The notes beneath the pieces were generated by a model that was not told where the DNA came from, ran no database searches, and saw only the letters and a list, made by a program, of their open reading frames with translations. From NCBI GenBank assembly GCA_017404555.1, contig JAFRCD010000001.1, forward strand, positions 15,850 through 79,849: a DNA stretch of 64,000 nucleotides, in the 5' to 3' direction. The DNA is from Bacilli bacterium (GTDB lineage Bacteria; Bacillota_I; Bacilli_A; RF39; UBA660). Of this stretch, positions 9,677 through 19,293 are shown piece by piece (position 1 is the first letter of the stretch; every line of letters begins with the position of its first letter). Position numbers and translations under genes: made by a program.

Positions 9677-9999
9677 ATATATATAATTCTTTTAAAGAAA
9701 AAGTAATTTTGTTAAATAGTGGAAATTATACTATTTTTAAACATAATTATATATTCATTACTGATGAAAATTTAGCACATGAGGAAGAAATCAAAATGGT
9801 AATGATGGAGTTAGAGTTTATACAGGAAAAACAAAAGAATAAATTTGAAAGGGCTTATATATATATTTATGGAGATAAACTTTATGAGTTAAATCTAAAA
9901 CAAGAAAAATACAAAATATTTAAATTATCTTCAGATGAGGTTTATAGAATAAGTATAGATGCTAGAACTATTGTAGAAGAAAAAGAAATGGAGATGTAA
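9673..9999 (+). CDS. hypothetical protein (second gene of the module)
   Basis: 108 aa. Its start overlaps the upstream stop (ATGA). Its own stop lies 2 nt before the next ATG. Confidence 0.55.
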   Translation: MNIYNSFKEKVILLNSGNYTIFKHNYIFITDENLAHEEEIKMVMMELEFIQEKQKNKFERAYIYIYGDKLYELNLKQEKYKIFKLSSDEVYRISIDARTIVEEKEMEM

Positions 10000-10001
10000 T
10001 T

Positions 10002-12191
10002 ATGAAATTAGCTGAAAACCAAAAAATATTCAAGCAGTTAAATATTGATGATGCTTTGTGGGATGATATAAAAAAAGATGACAATAAGGTATTAATTGTT
10101 TATGGATCAAATGGAAGAGGTAAATCTACAATAAAAGATTTATTTCAAAAAGAAAATTTAGAAGAAAAGTTTGGATGTGAATCAGAAAATCAATCTAATA
10201 CTTTATATAATGAATTTGGAAATAATAAGTTTTTAGTATTTGATGAAAAATTTGTTGATCAATTTGTGTATTTTAATAATGCGCTGCAACAAAATAGTAT
10301 GAAAATTATAATGAAAACTGATTACATAAATGAACTATATAATGAAAAATCACACGCTAATGATGTAGTAGATATGATATTAGATACAATCAATAAATAT
10401 TTATCGACTATTGAATCATTTAATTCTATTCTAAATATTAAGTCTAATACAGGAAAAATTACTGATGCTAAAAAAAGATTTGCAACTACATTTATAGAAG
10501 GAAATTTGCCATATAAATATGATGATTTATTTGAAATAAGTGACGATAATCATAGAAAATGGTGGTATGAAGGTCTTTTACTATATAAGGATAATAAGCT
10601 TGATTTTTGCCCTTGGTGTAAAACTACTATTGAATCTGTAAATGAATCTTTAAAAGAACAAATAAAATCTGTGGATAATACGAAGCGAATCAATACTAAA
10701 CTATTTAGTGATAAAGTTGATAAAGTTTCTAATCTGTCGACAATAATGAATAACACTTTAATTAATGAAGAAGTAAAAAATAAAATTAGTCAACTAATTT
10801 CAAAAATAAACGTTTCTGTAGATCAGAATGTTGAAGAAAAGATTTTAACTGACATGGAGTCATTATATTCTTTATTGATTAATGATAATGAAATATTTGC
10901 TGAAATAAAAGATAAAGTTAAAATTTTAGATAATATATTAGAGATACAAGACATAGATTTAGCTAATAATATATCTAAATTAAAATTTTTTAGTCCAACA
11001 GATGAAATTATCAAATTAAGTGATAATTTGGATTATTTTATTAAATATAATAAGGATATTATTAATGGTATTAAAGATAGTAATAAAAGATTGCATGAAA
11101 TAATTAAAAGTGACGAAATTGATATTAATAATATTATTAAAAGTTTAGGATTAAAATACTATATAGAAATTGAATCTGATACTATAGTTTCCTCTGGAAT
11201 AAATGATAATGAAAAATACATGTATTTAAAGAGTTTGAATGGAAAAGACGTAAGTCAAAATATCGGGAATGTGCTTAGTTTTGGTGAAAAAAGTACATTA
11301 GCGTTTGCAATATTTATAGAACAGATTCGAAATTGTACTGATGAAAACACTATTATAATTTTTGATGATCCAATATCTAGTTATGATATTTTTAGAAGAT
11401 ATACTTCGCTCGGAATTATACAGACAATTACTGCATTACAATATAAAAAAATAGTAATACTTACACACGAAAGTAATTTTTTAACGTCGATTGTTTCAAA
11501 TTATGAACATTATACAAATGTTAAATGTACTATTTTAACAGAAATTAATGAATCAGAAATAGAAATAAAAGAATTACATAGACAATATGATAGTGAGGTT
11601 AATGTCTATAAAGATATGCTGAATTTTTCCTTTGATTTTCATATTTCACAAAGAATAATAGCTTTAAGACAGTTGCACGATTTATATCAATATATAACTG
11701 GAGATAGCAAAAAAGAATTATATAAATATATATGCAAATTAGTACATTTTAGAAAAGATGAACAAACATATTGGAATCAAGTAATGAAAACACAAATTAA
11801 TGAATTATTTAATTATTTTGCTATTAGTTATGATTCTCAAATTGAAAATATAAAGGATGAACAATTAGTATTTTCAGACATGGAACAATTATTAAATGAG
11901 ATAACATCAAAGGATATATATGATATTACATTAGAGGATCTAGTAAGCTTAAGAATGATTTCAGAAGTTTCAGTTAGAAATGAATCGAATGATGCAAATA
12001 AATTCAAAGTTAGAACATTATGGTCTATTAAATCATCAAGTAAAAAAGACCAACTTCAAAATTTTAAAGTTCTACTTAATTCAATTACTCATATCGATAA
12101 TGATGAAATAACATGGCCTGTTTTATGTATAAATGATTTAAAGTCAATTCCTAAATATGTTATATCCCAAATTATTAGTATAATAAAATAA
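10002..12191 (+). CDS. ABC/Rad50-like ATPase with a CxxC hook-like insert (RloC/PrrC- or Lamassu LmuB-like defence ATPase candidate)
   Basis: Walker A (YGSNGRGKST) is followed by an insert of about 400 aa containing CPWC, then an ABC-signature-like LSFGEKS, Walker B (IIIFDDPISSYD) and a His-loop-like LTHESNF. A further 240-aa C-terminal region has unknown function. Confidence 0.6.
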   Translation: MKLAENQKIFKQLNIDDALWDDIKKDDNKVLIVYGSNGRGKSTIKDLFQKENLEEKFGCESENQSNTLYNEFGNNKFLVFDEKFVDQFVYFNNALQQNSMKIIMKTDYINELYNEKSHANDVVDMILDTINKYLSTIESFNSILNIKSNTGKITDAKKRFATTFIEGNLPYKYDDLFEISDDNHRKWWYEGLLLYKDNKLDFCPWCKTTIESVNESLKEQIKSVDNTKRINTKLFSDKVDKVSNLSTIMNNTLINEEVKNKISQLISKINVSVDQNVEEKILTDMESLYSLLINDNEIFAEIKDKVKILDNILEIQDIDLANNISKLKFFSPTDEIIKLSDNLDYFIKYNKDIINGIKDSNKRLHEIIKSDEIDINNIIKSLGLKYYIEIESDTIVSSGINDNEKYMYLKSLNGKDVSQNIGNVLSFGEKSTLAFAIFIEQIRNCTDENTIIIFDDPISSYDIFRRYTSLGIIQTITALQYKKIVILTHESNFLTSIVSNYEHYTNVKCTILTEINESEIEIKELHRQYDSEVNVYKDMLNFSFDFHISQRIIALRQLHDLYQYITGDSKKELYKYICKLVHFRKDEQTYWNQVMKTQINELFNYFAISYDSQIENIKDEQLVFSDMEQLLNEITSKDIYDITLEDLVSLRMISEVSVRNESNDANKFKVRTLWSIKSSSKKDQLQNFKVLLNSITHIDNDEITWPVLCINDLKSIPKYVISQIISIIK

Positions 12192-12194
12192 TTA

Positions 12195-12232
12195 AAAGCA
12201 TATATAGCCACGAATCTATATATGCTTTTTTT
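12195..12232 (+). terminator. rho-independent terminator
   Basis: aaaagcatatatag...ctatatatgctttttttt. Confidence 0.7.
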
Positions 12233-12241
12233 ATAACATTT

Positions 12242-12283
12242 TTACATCCTATTTTAGATGACAAATTACATCCCATTTTAGAT
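12242..12283. repeat. two 18-nt direct repeats (ttacatcc[t/c]attttagat) with a 24-nt period
   Basis: Read directly from the sequence. One mismatch between the two copies. Confidence 0.6.
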
Positions 12284-12524
12284 ATTTTTGTGGTATCTAA
12301 AAAATGATACTAAAATGTACTACAGTGTACAAACCCTTATTTTATAAGGAATTTTGAATTGTGGTGAATAAAAGAAAGGCTAAAATTTTCGGCCCCCTGA
12401 AGAGAACAAAGATATAATTATGTAATTAGGTCTTAAAATAAAACAAATAAAGTGATAAAATTGTTAATGGTTATAGAATAGTAAAAGGGAAACTTGGTAT
12501 TTGGAATATTTAATGGGTGATTAT

Positions 12525-13151
12525 ATGAAAGAAGTTATTGAAGAGTTAAGGGAAGAACTTGGTGATACTTTATTAGTGGCTGTTAGTAAGACTAAGAGTA
12601 ATGAAGATATAATGAAGGCTTACGACTTAGGTCTTCGTGATTTTGGTGAAAATTATGTACAAGAGTTAGTTAGTAAGATGGATTCTTTACCTAAAGATAT
12701 TAAATGGCATATGATAGGACATTTACAAACTAATAAAGTAAAAGATCTTGTTAAAAGAAATATTTATTTAATTGAATCTGTTGATTCTTTTAAATTAGCT
12801 TCTATTATTAATAAAGAAGCTCTTAAAAATAATAAAGTTATTAATATTTTAATTGAGGTTAATATTGCGGAAGATCCTAATAAGACTGGTTGTCTTCTTT
12901 CTGAATTAGATAATTTAATTAATGAAGTAGGTGGATTATCTAACATTAAATTACTTGGTTTAATGGCTATTGCTCCTCATACTGATAATGTTTCTGATAT
13001 TAGATCTTCTTTTAAAGAAATGAAGAAATTAAAAGATAAGTACAATTTTTCTTTGCTTTCAATGGGTATGAGTAGTGATTATAAAATAGCTATTGAAGAG
13101 GGTTCTGATATCGTTAGAATTGGTACTAAAATATTTGGAAAAAGATTATGA
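12525..13151 (+). CDS. YggS/YlmE-family pyridoxal-phosphate homeostasis protein
   Basis: LLVAVSKTK (the PLP-binding Lys context) and RDFGENYVQEL are hallmark motifs. The start follows GGGTGA. Confidence 0.85.
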   Translation: MKEVIEELREELGDTLLVAVSKTKSNEDIMKAYDLGLRDFGENYVQELVSKMDSLPKDIKWHMIGHLQTNKVKDLVKRNIYLIESVDSFKLASIINKEALKNNKVINILIEVNIAEDPNKTGCLLSELDNLINEVGGLSNIKLLGLMAIAPHTDNVSDIRSSFKEMKKLKDKYNFSLLSMGMSSDYKIAIEEGSDIVRIGTKIFGKRL

Positions 13152-13210
13152 TAAAGTAATTGCTTTTTTAAAAAAAAGATATTATACTATAATAAAGGAG
13201 GAGTAGTATT

Positions 13211-13723
13211 ATGTATAACAATTATGGCCTTACTCAAGCACCTGTTGTTAGTGAACCAAATGGTTTTGAACAACTTTTAAATAGTTCTGAACCAGTAATT
13301 GTAGTGTTCTGTCTTTTCATAATTCTAGCAGCTATTGCTTTTGCAGTACTAGTAATTGTTGCTCAATGTAAGATATTCAAGAAAGCAGGAGAAGCACAAT
13401 GGAAAGCATTAATTCCAGTATACAGTACTTGGGTAAACACAAAGATTGCCGGCCTAGCTTGGTGGTGGTTCTTAATTATTACAGGATTAACTGCAGCAGT
13501 AGGAACTTGGACCAACATTAATTGGGTATTTACTTGGAGCTTATGCCTAGTATCATTCAATTATTGTTACAACCTAGCTAAGAAGTTTGGTAAAACAAAT
13601 GGCTTTGCAGTCTTATTGGCACTTTTACCTATAATTGGAATACCTATCTTAGGATTTGGTAGTGACAAGTACGACAAAGGTGCTAAAGTTGATAAGAATG
13701 GTATATTCAAAGTAGAGAAATAA
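13211..13723 (+). CDS. small integral membrane protein (DUF5684-like)
   Basis: KIFKKAGEAQWKALIPVY pattern plus a W-rich transmembrane segment. Confidence 0.55.
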   Translation: MYNNYGLTQAPVVSEPNGFEQLLNSSEPVIVVFCLFIILAAIAFAVLVIVAQCKIFKKAGEAQWKALIPVYSTWVNTKIAGLAWWWFLIITGLTAAVGTWTNINWVFTWSLCLVSFNYCYNLAKKFGKTNGFAVLLALLPIIGIPILGFGSDKYDKGAKVDKNGIFKVEK

Positions 13724-13728
13724 AAAGG

Positions 13729-13752
13729 GATATCAAGTGATATCTTTTTTTG
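13729..13752 (+). terminator. rho-independent terminator
   Basis: gatatca-ag-tgatatc followed by a T8 run. Confidence 0.65.
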
Positions 13753-13797
13753 AATATAACTTTTTAAATAATTAATACTAATATTAGAGGTGATTAA

Positions 13798-14265
13798 GTG
13801 AAAAAAGTACTTTTAATTATTTTGTTATTACTAGTAAGTGGGAGTTTAATAATATACTTTAGTAAAAGAGAAGTCAAAAAACCAGTAACTTTTAAGAAAG
13901 GAGTTCCTAAGACAAGTATGAAGATTAATATTACTATTGATGATAAAACTTTTGAAGGGGTATTAGAAGATAATAAAACAACTGAAGAATTTATTAAGGT
14001 TTTACCTCTAGATATTAATATGGAGGATTTAAATGATAATGAAAAGTACTATTATTTTAATACTAGTTTTCCTACTGAATCTAAAAACTATAAAGAAATT
14101 AAACGGGGAGACATAATGCTTTTTGGTGATAATTGTTTAGTTATTTTTTATGAAGATCATACTTCTTATTATGATTATACTAAGATAGGTAAGATAAATA
14201 ATACTGAAGGTCTTAAAGAAATATTAAAGAATAATAAAAATAAAATAAAAATAGAATTGAAATAA
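13798..14265 (+). CDS. hypothetical exported protein
   Basis: GTG start with an N-terminal signal/TM segment (LLIILLLLVSGSLIIY). Confidence 0.5.
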   Translation: MKKVLLIILLLLVSGSLIIYFSKREVKKPVTFKKGVPKTSMKINITIDDKTFEGVLEDNKTTEEFIKVLPLDINMEDLNDNEKYYYFNTSFPTESKNYKEIKRGDIMLFGDNCLVIFYEDHTSYYDYTKIGKINNTEGLKEILKNNKNKIKIELK

Positions 14266-14335
14266 AATGTAAAGGAAATAATTAAATTTAATTATTTTTT
14301 TCTTTTCATGATATAATTAAATAGAGGTAGATACG

Positions 14336-15271
14336 ATGGAAGAAAAATTTGATTTAAAAAAGAAAAGAATTAGTATTCTAGATAACTATGGAGAAAATCT
14401 AACCGAGAAAGATTATATTACTAATCCCGCTATTGGTAGGGAAGAACAGATTAAAGAAGCAGTATTAATATTACTTACTCCTGATAAATCAGTTGTTTTA
14501 ACTGGTAAACCTGGTGTTGGTAAAACTGCTATTGTTGAAGGAATTGCTTATAGAATGCAACTTGATAATATTCCTGATAAGTTAAAGGGTTATGAAATTA
14601 TTAAAGTAAATACTAGTGCTTTATTAGGAGTAGATCCAGTAACTGGAGAAGCTAAGATTCAAACTCTAATTGATGAGTTAAAGAATTATTCTAAATTAAT
14701 TCTCTTTATTGATGAGATTCATACTCTTATGGGTAGTAAGGGTGAAGCACTTGACTTTGCTAATATGTTTAAACCAGGACTAGATCGTGGTGATATTAAA
14801 GTAATTGGTGCTACTACTGATGATGAGTATGAGAGATATATCTTAAGAGATAAAGCCTTTGTTCGTCGTTTTGCCAGAGTACGTGTTGAAGAACCTACTC
14901 GTGATGAAACAGTCAATATTGCATTGGGTACTTTACCTAAGATTGAAAAAAGAACGGGTGCTAAAATGGAGTACTCAGACTTTACTAAGAAACAAATTAT
15001 GGAGTTTTTAACGGATATAACCAGTGAGTTTAAACGAATCTATGAAATTGGTTCTAGGTATCCGGATATTGTTTTGACTATTATTCAAGAAGCTTTCTCT
15101 AACGCTTTATTTGAAAATAGGAAGAATGTCAACATTTTAGATTTCCGGAAAGCTCTTGTAAACTCCAAAAATATTTATGATGATATTAAAAGAAAAGAAC
15201 TACCAACCTTTGATCAAATCTTCGATGATGAAATAGAAAAAGCTAATGCCGGAATAATAGTTGATAATTAA
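14336..15271 (+). CDS. stand-alone AAA+ ATPase resembling the D1 module of ClpA/ClpB/ClpC
   Basis: GKPGVGKTAIVEGIAYR (Walker A), LFIDEIHTL (Walker B) and GATTDDEY...RRF match Clp D1. There is no N-domain or D2 domain; the protein is 311 aa. Confidence 0.7.
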   Translation: MEEKFDLKKKRISILDNYGENLTEKDYITNPAIGREEQIKEAVLILLTPDKSVVLTGKPGVGKTAIVEGIAYRMQLDNIPDKLKGYEIIKVNTSALLGVDPVTGEAKIQTLIDELKNYSKLILFIDEIHTLMGSKGEALDFANMFKPGLDRGDIKVIGATTDDEYERYILRDKAFVRRFARVRVEEPTRDETVNIALGTLPKIEKRTGAKMEYSDFTKKQIMEFLTDITSEFKRIYEIGSRYPDIVLTIIQEAFSNALFENRKNVNILDFRKALVNSKNIYDDIKRKELPTFDQIFDDEIEKANAGIIVDN

Positions 15272-15335
15272 AAAATTATTAACTATTATTTTTTAATATT
15301 GTATAATGGAGTTAGATACAGTATAAGGAGGACAT

Positions 15336-17117
15336 ATGTGTGGAATAGTAGGATATATTGGCGATAAGGTTACCACTGAAGTTCTCTTAAAAGGAATAGA
15401 GAATTTAGAGTATCGTGGATATGATTCGGCTGGTATCGCTATTGCTAATGAAAATAAAATACAAATAATAAGAGAAGTAGGTAAAGTTTCTAAATTAAAA
15501 GAGAAACTAGAAAAAGAAAAGTTAATTACTTCTTCTTTTGGTATTGCTCATACTAGATGGGCTACTAATGGGGAAGTATCTCTTAAAAATACTCATCCTC
15601 ATAATGTAGGAAAAGTTACTTTAGTACATAATGGTATTATTGAAAATGCTGATAAACTTAAAGAAAGATTATTGAAGAAAGGTTACGTCTTTAAAAGCAA
15701 AACTGATACAGAAGTAGTCGCAGCTCTTTTAGATAATTATTTAAAGACTAAATCTGAAAAACAAGCTCTTTTATCAATGGTAAAACAATTAGAAGGTAGT
15801 TTTGCTTTAGTTATTATGATTGAGGGTAAAGATTATTTATATGCTGTTCGTAATAAATCACCTTTAGTAATTGGATCTTTAAAAGATGAAAAATATATTG
15901 CTAGTGATATACCAGCTATTGCTGAATTTACTAAAGACTATTTATTACTAGAGGATTTAGAAATTGCTAAAGTAACGAAAGAAGAAGTAGAAGTTTATGA
16001 TCAAAAGGGTAAAAAGGTAAAAAGAAAAGTTAAAAGAATAGATGTTACTAACGAGATAATTGATAAACAAGGTTATGAACATTTCATGTTAAAAGAAATT
16101 ATGGAAGAACCAAGGGTGTTACATAATCTTTTAGATATTTATTTGGACCATCTAGATGACTTAGATATTTCTCGCTATGACAATGTCCATATTGTAGCCT
16201 GTGGTTCCGCCATGTATGCGGGTATGATTGGTAAAGTTCTATTAGAAGAAAAAGCTCATATTGATGTAACAGTAGAAGTGGCTAGTGAGTACCGTTATAA
16301 GAAAAATATTTATCGGGATAAGACTTTGGTTATTTTAATATCTCAATCAGGAGAAACTGCCGATACTATAGCAGCTTTACGTATTGCTAAGGCTAATCAT
16401 CAAGATACTTTAGCTATTATTAATACCAAGAACTCTACTATTGATAGAGAAGCTGATAAAACATTTTATATTGAGGCTGGTGTTGAAGTAGCAGTTGCGA
16501 CTACTAAAGCCTATATTTTACAGGTAGCTCTTTTATCATTAATGGCTTATGTAACTGCTAAAAAGAAATCACTTTTAGATGTTGATGAGTGCATAGAAGT
16601 AATTAATCATTTTAAAGCACTACCAAGATTAATTCAAAATATTTTAAAAGATAATGAATTATATAAGAAAATAGCTAAACAATTATATAAACATGATAAT
16701 ATCTTCTTTATTGGTCGGAAGATGGATTATGCTATGTGTTTAGAAGGTAGTTTAAAACTTAAAGAAATATCTTATATTCATAGTGAAGCATATCCAGCTG
16801 GAGAATTAAAACATGGAACTATTTCTTTAATTGATAAAGGATTACCTGTTATTGCGATTATGACTGATAAGAAACTAAAAGAAAAGATGCTTTCTAATAT
16901 TAAAGAATGTGAAGCTAGATATGCTAAGATGTTTATTATAACTAGTGAGGTTATTGATGAAAAAGATACTACTATAGTAGTTAAGAAAACAGATCAGTTT
17001 ACTCAAACTCTTTTAGTAGTACCAATCTTACAAATGATCGCTTATAATGTGGCCTTATTAAGAGGTTGTGATATTGATAAGCCTAAAAACTTAGCTAAAA
17101 GTGTAACTGTCGAATAA
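15336..17117 (+). CDS. glmS: glutamine--fructose-6-phosphate aminotransferase
   Basis: The N-terminal MCGIVGYIG carries the Ntn Cys. The length (about 593 aa) and the SIS-domain C-terminus (...KSVTVE) fit. Confidence 0.9.
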   Translation: MCGIVGYIGDKVTTEVLLKGIENLEYRGYDSAGIAIANENKIQIIREVGKVSKLKEKLEKEKLITSSFGIAHTRWATNGEVSLKNTHPHNVGKVTLVHNGIIENADKLKERLLKKGYVFKSKTDTEVVAALLDNYLKTKSEKQALLSMVKQLEGSFALVIMIEGKDYLYAVRNKSPLVIGSLKDEKYIASDIPAIAEFTKDYLLLEDLEIAKVTKEEVEVYDQKGKKVKRKVKRIDVTNEIIDKQGYEHFMLKEIMEEPRVLHNLLDIYLDHLDDLDISRYDNVHIVACGSAMYAGMIGKVLLEEKAHIDVTVEVASEYRYKKNIYRDKTLVILISQSGETADTIAALRIAKANHQDTLAIINTKNSTIDREADKTFYIEAGVEVAVATTKAYILQVALLSLMAYVTAKKKSLLDVDECIEVINHFKALPRLIQNILKDNELYKKIAKQLYKHDNIFFIGRKMDYAMCLEGSLKLKEISYIHSEAYPAGELKHGTISLIDKGLPVIAIMTDKKLKEKMLSNIKECEARYAKMFIITSEVIDEKDTTIVVKKTDQFTQTLLVVPILQMIAYNVALLRGCDIDKPKNLAKSVTVE

Positions 17118-17140
17118 AGCCCTTAGGGCTTTATTCTTTT
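17116..17140 (+). terminator. rho-independent terminator
   Basis: aaagccc-tta-gggcttt followed by attctttt. Confidence 0.6.
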
Positions 17141-17177
17141 AGGGGAATCTGCTATAATAACGATAGGAAGTGATACT

Positions 17178-18443
17178 ATGTCCAAGCACTATTTAATTGC
17201 CAGAAGAAGAGATAATTCATATACAACTATTGATGTTAATGGTGGTAATAAATTAGAAGAGATTGATATCTATACTAGTTCCTTCTTTAATAAGAATGAT
17301 TTACTTCAAGAATTAGAGAAAAAGGGTTTAGAAGTTGGTGATGGAATAGATCTTTTTATAGCGACTTATTCTTCTAAATTAAAGAAAGTTAGAACTAGAA
17401 GAGTTTTATATAAAACTATTTATAATGACGAATTGCGTAGTAATGCTAAAAGAAGTTTAAAAGGACAAAGTATCGATACAGAAAGACTTTATAAACAAGC
17501 AGCTTCCTTAGATGGTAATTATCGTTCTTTAGTACATATTGGTTATTTTGATATGTATAAAGCTTTTGAAAGAATTCTAGCTAATAGAGGAAAGAAGTTA
17601 GAATATCATCATGAAAATAAATGGTTAGAAGATGATTATAAGACTTATCGTGATGTTTTAGCGTCTATACTTGTTTATCATAACTTAAATATTAAAGATT
17701 TAAATGATCATGATAGAGCTTTACAAAATAAAAGTGAATTAAAAGCTCAAAGACAGATGATTGTTGATAGTTTAACTAAGACACTAACTAGTCCTTATCC
17801 TGGACAAGAAGCTCTTGAAGTAGGTAAGAATAGGGGTAGTAAAACTTTATCTCTTTCTCAAAACAATAATAATTTTATTCATATTGATAATATTGAATTA
17901 GATAATGTTAAAGAAAATACTACTGTTGTTAAAGAAAAAAGAAAAGGACTTATTAAAGAAACTGAAGGACAAATTAATATTGATGATATGATTAGTTCGC
18001 AAAAAACAGTTTCTTTAAATAGATTATTAGGAGACGCTGTTAACTATGATGAGAATAATCGTAAAGAAGCAGAAAGTAGTATTTATCGTTTCTTAACTTC
18101 AGGTGCTTATATTAAAACAGGAACTATTTCCGAAAAAGGAAAAGAAGTTAGTCTAAATTATAAGAACTTACCTTTTGATTTAGATCCAGAAGAAAAAGCT
18201 TATTTAGAAAAGTTAAAGTCATCTAAAGTATTATTTAGAAGAGTAAATGAATATCATCGTTATCAAGATACTAGTTTTATAGCGCAAGTAGATAAATTTA
18301 CTTGTGCTGATGAAATTAGAGCTAGATTGAAGAAGTTATCACTTAGATCAATTAATAATCTAGCTAAGTTCTGTGTATTATATAAAGATTGCTATGATAA
18401 AGCAATTAGTAAGGAAGAGGTTAAAGATGGTTATCGCCGATAA
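17178..18443 (+). CDS. hypothetical protein
   Basis: 421-aa ORF with no recognisable motif. Confidence 0.5.
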   Translation: MSKHYLIARRRDNSYTTIDVNGGNKLEEIDIYTSSFFNKNDLLQELEKKGLEVGDGIDLFIATYSSKLKKVRTRRVLYKTIYNDELRSNAKRSLKGQSIDTERLYKQAASLDGNYRSLVHIGYFDMYKAFERILANRGKKLEYHHENKWLEDDYKTYRDVLASILVYHNLNIKDLNDHDRALQNKSELKAQRQMIVDSLTKTLTSPYPGQEALEVGKNRGSKTLSLSQNNNNFIHIDNIELDNVKENTTVVKEKRKGLIKETEGQINIDDMISSQKTVSLNRLLGDAVNYDENNRKEAESSIYRFLTSGAYIKTGTISEKGKEVSLNYKNLPFDLDPEEKAYLEKLKSSKVLFRRVNEYHRYQDTSFIAQVDKFTCADEIRARLKKLSLRSINNLAKFCVLYKDCYDKAISKEEVKDGYRR

Positions 18444-19293
18444 GTGGGAAGATTATGAAATATTAGATGCTTCAAAAGGAGAAAAACTAGAAAGATGGGG
18501 TAAATACCATCTTTTAAGACCAGATCCTCAAATTATTTGGGATCAAGGAGATTTATCTAAAAGATATAGTTCTATAATTGATGCTCACTATTTACGTAGT
18601 TCTTCTGGTGGTGGTCATTGGGAGAATTTAAAAACTATTCCTGAGAACTGGATAATTTCTTATAAAGATTTAAAGTTTAATATTAAGCAAATGGGCTTTA
18701 AACATACAGGACTTTTCCCTGAACAAGCTTATAATTGGGATTTTATGATTAAAAAGATCAAAGAAAGTAAAAGAAAAGTAAAAGTCTTAAATCTTTTTGC
18801 GTATACTGGAGGAGCTACTGTAGCTTGTCTTTCCGCAGGAGCGTCTGTTGTTCATGTTGATTCTTCTAAGGGAATGGTTGACTGGTGTAAAGAAAATGTT
18901 AAACTTAATAATTTAGAAGATAGAGAAATAAGATATTTAGTTGATGATGTTATTAAGTTCGTTAAAAGAGAAATTAGAAGAGGGCATAAATACGATTGTA
19001 TTATTATGGATCCTCCTAGTTATGGTAGAGGTACTAATAAAGAAGTATGGCAATTAGAAAAAGATCTTTTTAACTTAGTAGAGCTATGTATGGAAGTTTT
19101 AAGTGATGATCCACTATTCTTCTTAATTAATTCTTATACAACAGGTATATCTCCTAAAGTATTAGAAAATATTTTAAAAGTAACAGTTAATAAAAAACAT
19201 CCAGGTAAAGTAGAAAGTGATGAAATAGGATTACCAATTAAAGAAGAACTAGTTTTACCTTGTGGTATTTATGGGCGTTGGGAACATGAGTAA
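18427..19293 (+). CDS. class I SAM-dependent methyltransferase (RlmI/YwbD-like rRNA methyltransferase catalytic domain)
   Basis: LNLFAYTGG (motif I) and IIMDPPSYGRG (motif IV). The start is the internal ATG at 18427, which follows GGAAGAGG. Confidence 0.7.
   Translation: MVIADKWEDYEILDASKGEKLERWGKYHLLRPDPQIIWDQGDLSKRYSSIIDAHYLRSSSGGGHWENLKTIPENWIISYKDLKFNIKQMGFKHTGLFPEQAYNWDFMIKKIKESKRKVKVLNLFAYTGGATVACLSAGASVVHVDSSKGMVDWCKENVKLNNLEDREIRYLVDDVIKFVKREIRRGHKYDCIIMDPPSYGRGTNKEVWQLEKDLFNLVELCMEVLSDDPLFFLINSYTTGISPKVLENILKVTVNKKHPGKVESDEIGLPIKEELVLPCGIYGRWEHE

Noticed and set aside
15272-15335. Looked for a glmS ribozyme leader upstream of glmS
   Set aside because: The intergenic gap is only about 64 nt and contains just an RBS. 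That is too short for the roughly 170-nt glmS ribozyme.
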